Shown in pieces: positions 61,595-64,000 of a stretch of DNA of 64,000 nucleotides. The stretch spans positions 512,001 through 576,000 of the forward strand of contig CAWFQK010000004.1 in assembly GCA_963817955.1 (NCBI GenBank), given 5' to 3'. Every line of letters begins with the position of its first letter. The stretch's first letter is position 1. The position numbers were made by a program, and so were the translations under genes. This DNA is from an uncultured Gemmatimonadaceae bacterium (GTDB lineage: Bacteria > Gemmatimonadota > Gemmatimonadetes > Gemmatimonadales > Gemmatimonadaceae). The notes beneath the pieces are model-generated. The model was given only the letters and a program-made list of their open reading frames with translations, was not told where the DNA came from and searched no databases.

Positions 61595-62859
61595 GGCAAT
61601 CCGAAGCTCGTCTGCGGTACGTATGTGATGCGAAGCCGCGGCCGGAGGGCGGCGATCGCCGCCTTCGTGGAGAAGAAGTCGATCTCCACGGGCAACTGCC
61701 CTTCCGCTCCGCTCCGCAGCGCGATACTCCGCGGGCTGACCGTCGATGCGTTATTCCGCCAGGTGCGCACGAGTCCGACGATCTCGAACGAGCGCACGCC
61801 GGTGTCGCTCGGCGCGAGGAGCAACGAATCCATGCCGAATTGCCCCGTGGCACCGAGGAATTGCAGCGCGCTGGCGACGTCGGTCACCAACGGGCCAGCG
61901 AGCACGGCGACTGGATACACGAAGACGGAATCGTGGGGATCGAGCCGGAGATTGGGGAGCTGCGTCAACTGGAGCGTCGCGCGCACGATCGTCGTGGAGT
62001 CGACGATCCGCGAGGGAACGTCAAAGTGCATGAACACGCGCCGCGAGGGCAGTCCACCCACGGAGAGCAAGGTGCCCGGCGTGGTGGTCTGTCCCTTAAG
62101 CACAATTGTATAGTCGGCGAGCGGGCCGGACAGGAATGGTTCGTTCAGCGGCGTCGCCGAGAGCGGCGTGACCGTCACCGGCGAGGCCGTCGTGTCGAGT
62201 GACGCCTTGAATACCAGATTCACCGGTTGGCTCGACTGCGTGGTGCCGATGCGCAAGTCGTATCCCAGTGCACTGACCAAGCGAAAGCCGACGCGCAGGC
62301 GTTTGCCGTTCAGCACCCGATCGAGGACTGAATCGGTGGAGATGGGGATGCGGAGCGAGTCCAGCAGCGATTCCGGCGCAAATGTCTTGGACCCGAGAAA
62401 CCGGTCGGGTCGAAACAGCGATCCGAGAATCGACGCGACGGTATCGGTCGCCGTGGTGTCGACATCGTACGCCTCGATCGTCACCGGCGCCTTCGGGAGA
62501 TGCAACGAGTCGGGCTTCACGATGGGCACGACGAGCGTGGCCGTATCGATGTGCACGATGGTGCTGTCGACCGAGTTCTTGGTGTACGATTGCGGCAGCG
62601 TATCGAATCGGACGATCGCGCGTGTCTCCGCCGTATCCCCGTGCGACGCAAGCAGCAGGTACGTCTCGGCGCCGATCGGTGGAAGGCCGAGCACGGTCGT
62701 GTCGCTGATCACCGCGTCGATGGTGGTGTCGTGGAGCGAGATCGATTGCTGGGGACAGAGGAGCGGGCAGGAACGTCCCGCCTCCAGCTTCTCGCTGCAG
62801 GCAGCGATCGACAGGATCGCCGCGGCGGTCGTCGCGAGCATCAGAAACTTCTTAAACAA
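61591..62859 (-). CDS. Lipoprotein of unknown function
   Basis: Lipobox IAAC; Ser/Thr-rich beta domains; C-terminal RPRLRITY. Confidence 0.8.
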   Translation of the reverse strand: MFKKFLMLATTAAAILSIAACSEKLEAGRSCPLLCPQQSISLHDTTIDAVISDTTVLGLPPIGAETYLLLASHGDTAETRAIVRFDTLPQSYTKNSVDSTIVHIDTATLVVPIVKPDSLHLPKAPVTIEAYDVDTTATDTVASILGSLFRPDRFLGSKTFAPESLLDSLRIPISTDSVLDRVLNGKRLRVGFRLVSALGYDLRIGTTQSSQPVNLVFKASLDTTASPVTVTPLSATPLNEPFLSGPLADYTIVLKGQTTTPGTLLSVGGLPSRRVFMHFDVPSRIVDSTTIVRATLQLTQLPNLRLDPHDSVFVYPVAVLAGPLVTDVASALQFLGATGQFGMDSLLLAPSDTGVRSFEIVGLVRTWRNNASTVSPRSIALRSGAEGQLPVEIDFFSTKAAIAALRPRLRITYVPQTSFGLP

Positions 62860-62874
62860 AACGAGCTCTCCGGT

Positions 62875-63318
62875 TCATCGCCGGTCCATTGAGTGCGGGG
62901 TGAATGCATGTGGCAGAAGTTCATCCAGCGTCCAGCGGGCTTCCCGGCCGGCGCGCGTCACGGCGATGACGACGAGCTGCGGCGCAAATTCCATGAGCGC
63001 CTGTCGGCATACGCCGCATGGGGGCGTGGGCTCCTCGGCCTCGGTCGCTACGACCACCGCCTCGAAGCCGCGGTTCCCGCGCGCGACGGCCGCAGCGAGC
63101 GCTCCGCGCTCCGCGCAGAGCCCCGCGGGAAAGGACGCGCTCTCCACGTTGCAGCCTTCTGTGATGCTGCCGTCCGACGCGAGCAGTGCCGCGCCAACAC
63201 GAAATTTTGAATACGGTGCGTACGCGCGCTCCATGGCGGCCGTCGCGCGCTCGCGCAAGACGGTTACGGTGCGCTCATCGGCGGCAGGATTCACTCCCAT
63301 GCGCACGTCAGCCGCCAT
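62875..63318 (-). CDS. cdd: Cytidine deaminase
   Basis: AYAPYSKFRVGAA, CAER, PCGVCRQ. Confidence 0.95.
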   Translation of the reverse strand: MAADVRMGVNPAADERTVTVLRERATAAMERAYAPYSKFRVGAALLASDGSITEGCNVESASFPAGLCAERGALAAAVARGNRGFEAVVVATEAEEPTPPCGVCRQALMEFAPQLVVIAVTRAGREARWTLDELLPHAFTPHSMDRR

Positions 63319-64000
63319 CTACCGAGCAACCAATTGCGAAAGGAAGGACGTACCGCGCCCGCGGAAAGAGACTCCAAGCCAATCCGCCACCGTGGCGCCC
63401 AGATCCGAGAACGTCGAGCGCCGTCCCAGTACCGTCGACCGTGCCTGCGGGCCGAGCGCCAGAAGCGGCACGCATTCGCGAGCGTGGTCGGTGGACGAGG
63501 TCGTCGGGTCGTTCCCGTGATCGGCGGTGATAAACAGCAGGTCGTCCTCGTGGAGGTGAGTCAGGAGCTCGGGCAGGGCCGCGTCGAACTCGCGTAACGC
63601 TCCATAGAACCCCGGAACGTCGTTGCGGTGCCCAAATGCCTGGTCGAAATCTACTAGATTGGCAAACAGGAACGCCCCACTTCCTTTCTTGAGCCAGGTA
63701 TCGATGGCCGCGATACCCTCGGCATTACTCGCCGTATGGGTGGAGGCGATGCCTCGGCCGGCAAACAAATCGTCCACTTTCCCCACGCCAGCGCGGGCGA
63801 TGCCTGCCGATTCCAGGGCATCGAGCAGGGTCTCCGCTGGCGGAGCAATGGAGAAATCGCGCCGATTCGTCGTGCGGGCATAGGTGCCCGGTTCTCCGAC
63901 GAAGGGCCTGGCTATGACGCGCGAAACGTCGTATGGCGCCACCAGCATGCTGCGCGCGGTCTCGCACCCGCTATACAACTCGTTCAGCGGGATCACCCCC
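63319..64000 (-). CDS. deoB: Phosphopentomutase (5' part outside the window)
   Basis: RVIARPF, NLVDFD..FGHR, TADHGNDPT...DH.RE. Confidence 0.93.
   Translation of the reverse strand, partial: GVIPLNELYSGCETARSMLVAPYDVSRVIARPFVGEPGTYARTTNRRDFSIAPPAETLLDALESAGIARAGVGKVDDLFAGRGIASTHTASNAEGIAAIDTWLKKGSGAFLFANLVDFDQAFGHRNDVPGFYGALREFDAALPELLTHLHEDDLLFITADHGNDPTTSSTDHARECVPLLALGPQARSTVLGRRSTFSDLGATVADWLGVSFRGRGTSFLSQLVAR

Overview
GC-rich bacterial chromosome segment; gene content and order suggest Gemmatimonadota (inference, not a database result). Most of the window is housekeeping and almost all on the minus strand: deoB-cdd, two envelope genes, a hybrid kinase, mtaB-miaB-comEC, fbp, a methylmalonyl-CoA mutase subunit, argS, purM, the rib genes with nusB, hprK with a mannose-class PTS, ptsH and ptsI, metK, a cobalamin riboswitch controlling btu-like uptake genes, recO-selB, clpB, tadA with tRNA-Ser(CGA), and pyrR-pyrB-pyrC. 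rpsT and a large hybrid histidine kinase are on the plus strand. The main accessory feature is a ~9.7 kb integrated element (12213-21902) with the gene set of a phage satellite (PICI-like): tyrosine integrase, Xis-like proteins, primase-helicase, iteron-rich origin, serine resolvase, a Cro/CI repressor switch, a lone small terminase subunit and a cargo lipoprotein, with no capsid or large terminase. It is bounded by a perfect 40-bp repeat of the 5' half of tRNA-Ser(GGA), so the intact tRNA has been moved away from its native upstream region to just behind the integrase. Beyond the tRNA lies a heavily frameshifted ~3.6 kb island (8462-12146). It appears to hold a lipoprotein with a Gly-rich hydrophobic C-terminus, small membrane proteins and a SpoIIM/DUF95 gene, resembling a bacteriocin/toxin-immunity module. 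Four single-base insertions in pyrC, pyrB (two) and ptsI suggest residual sequencing error, so all frameshift calls are provisional.
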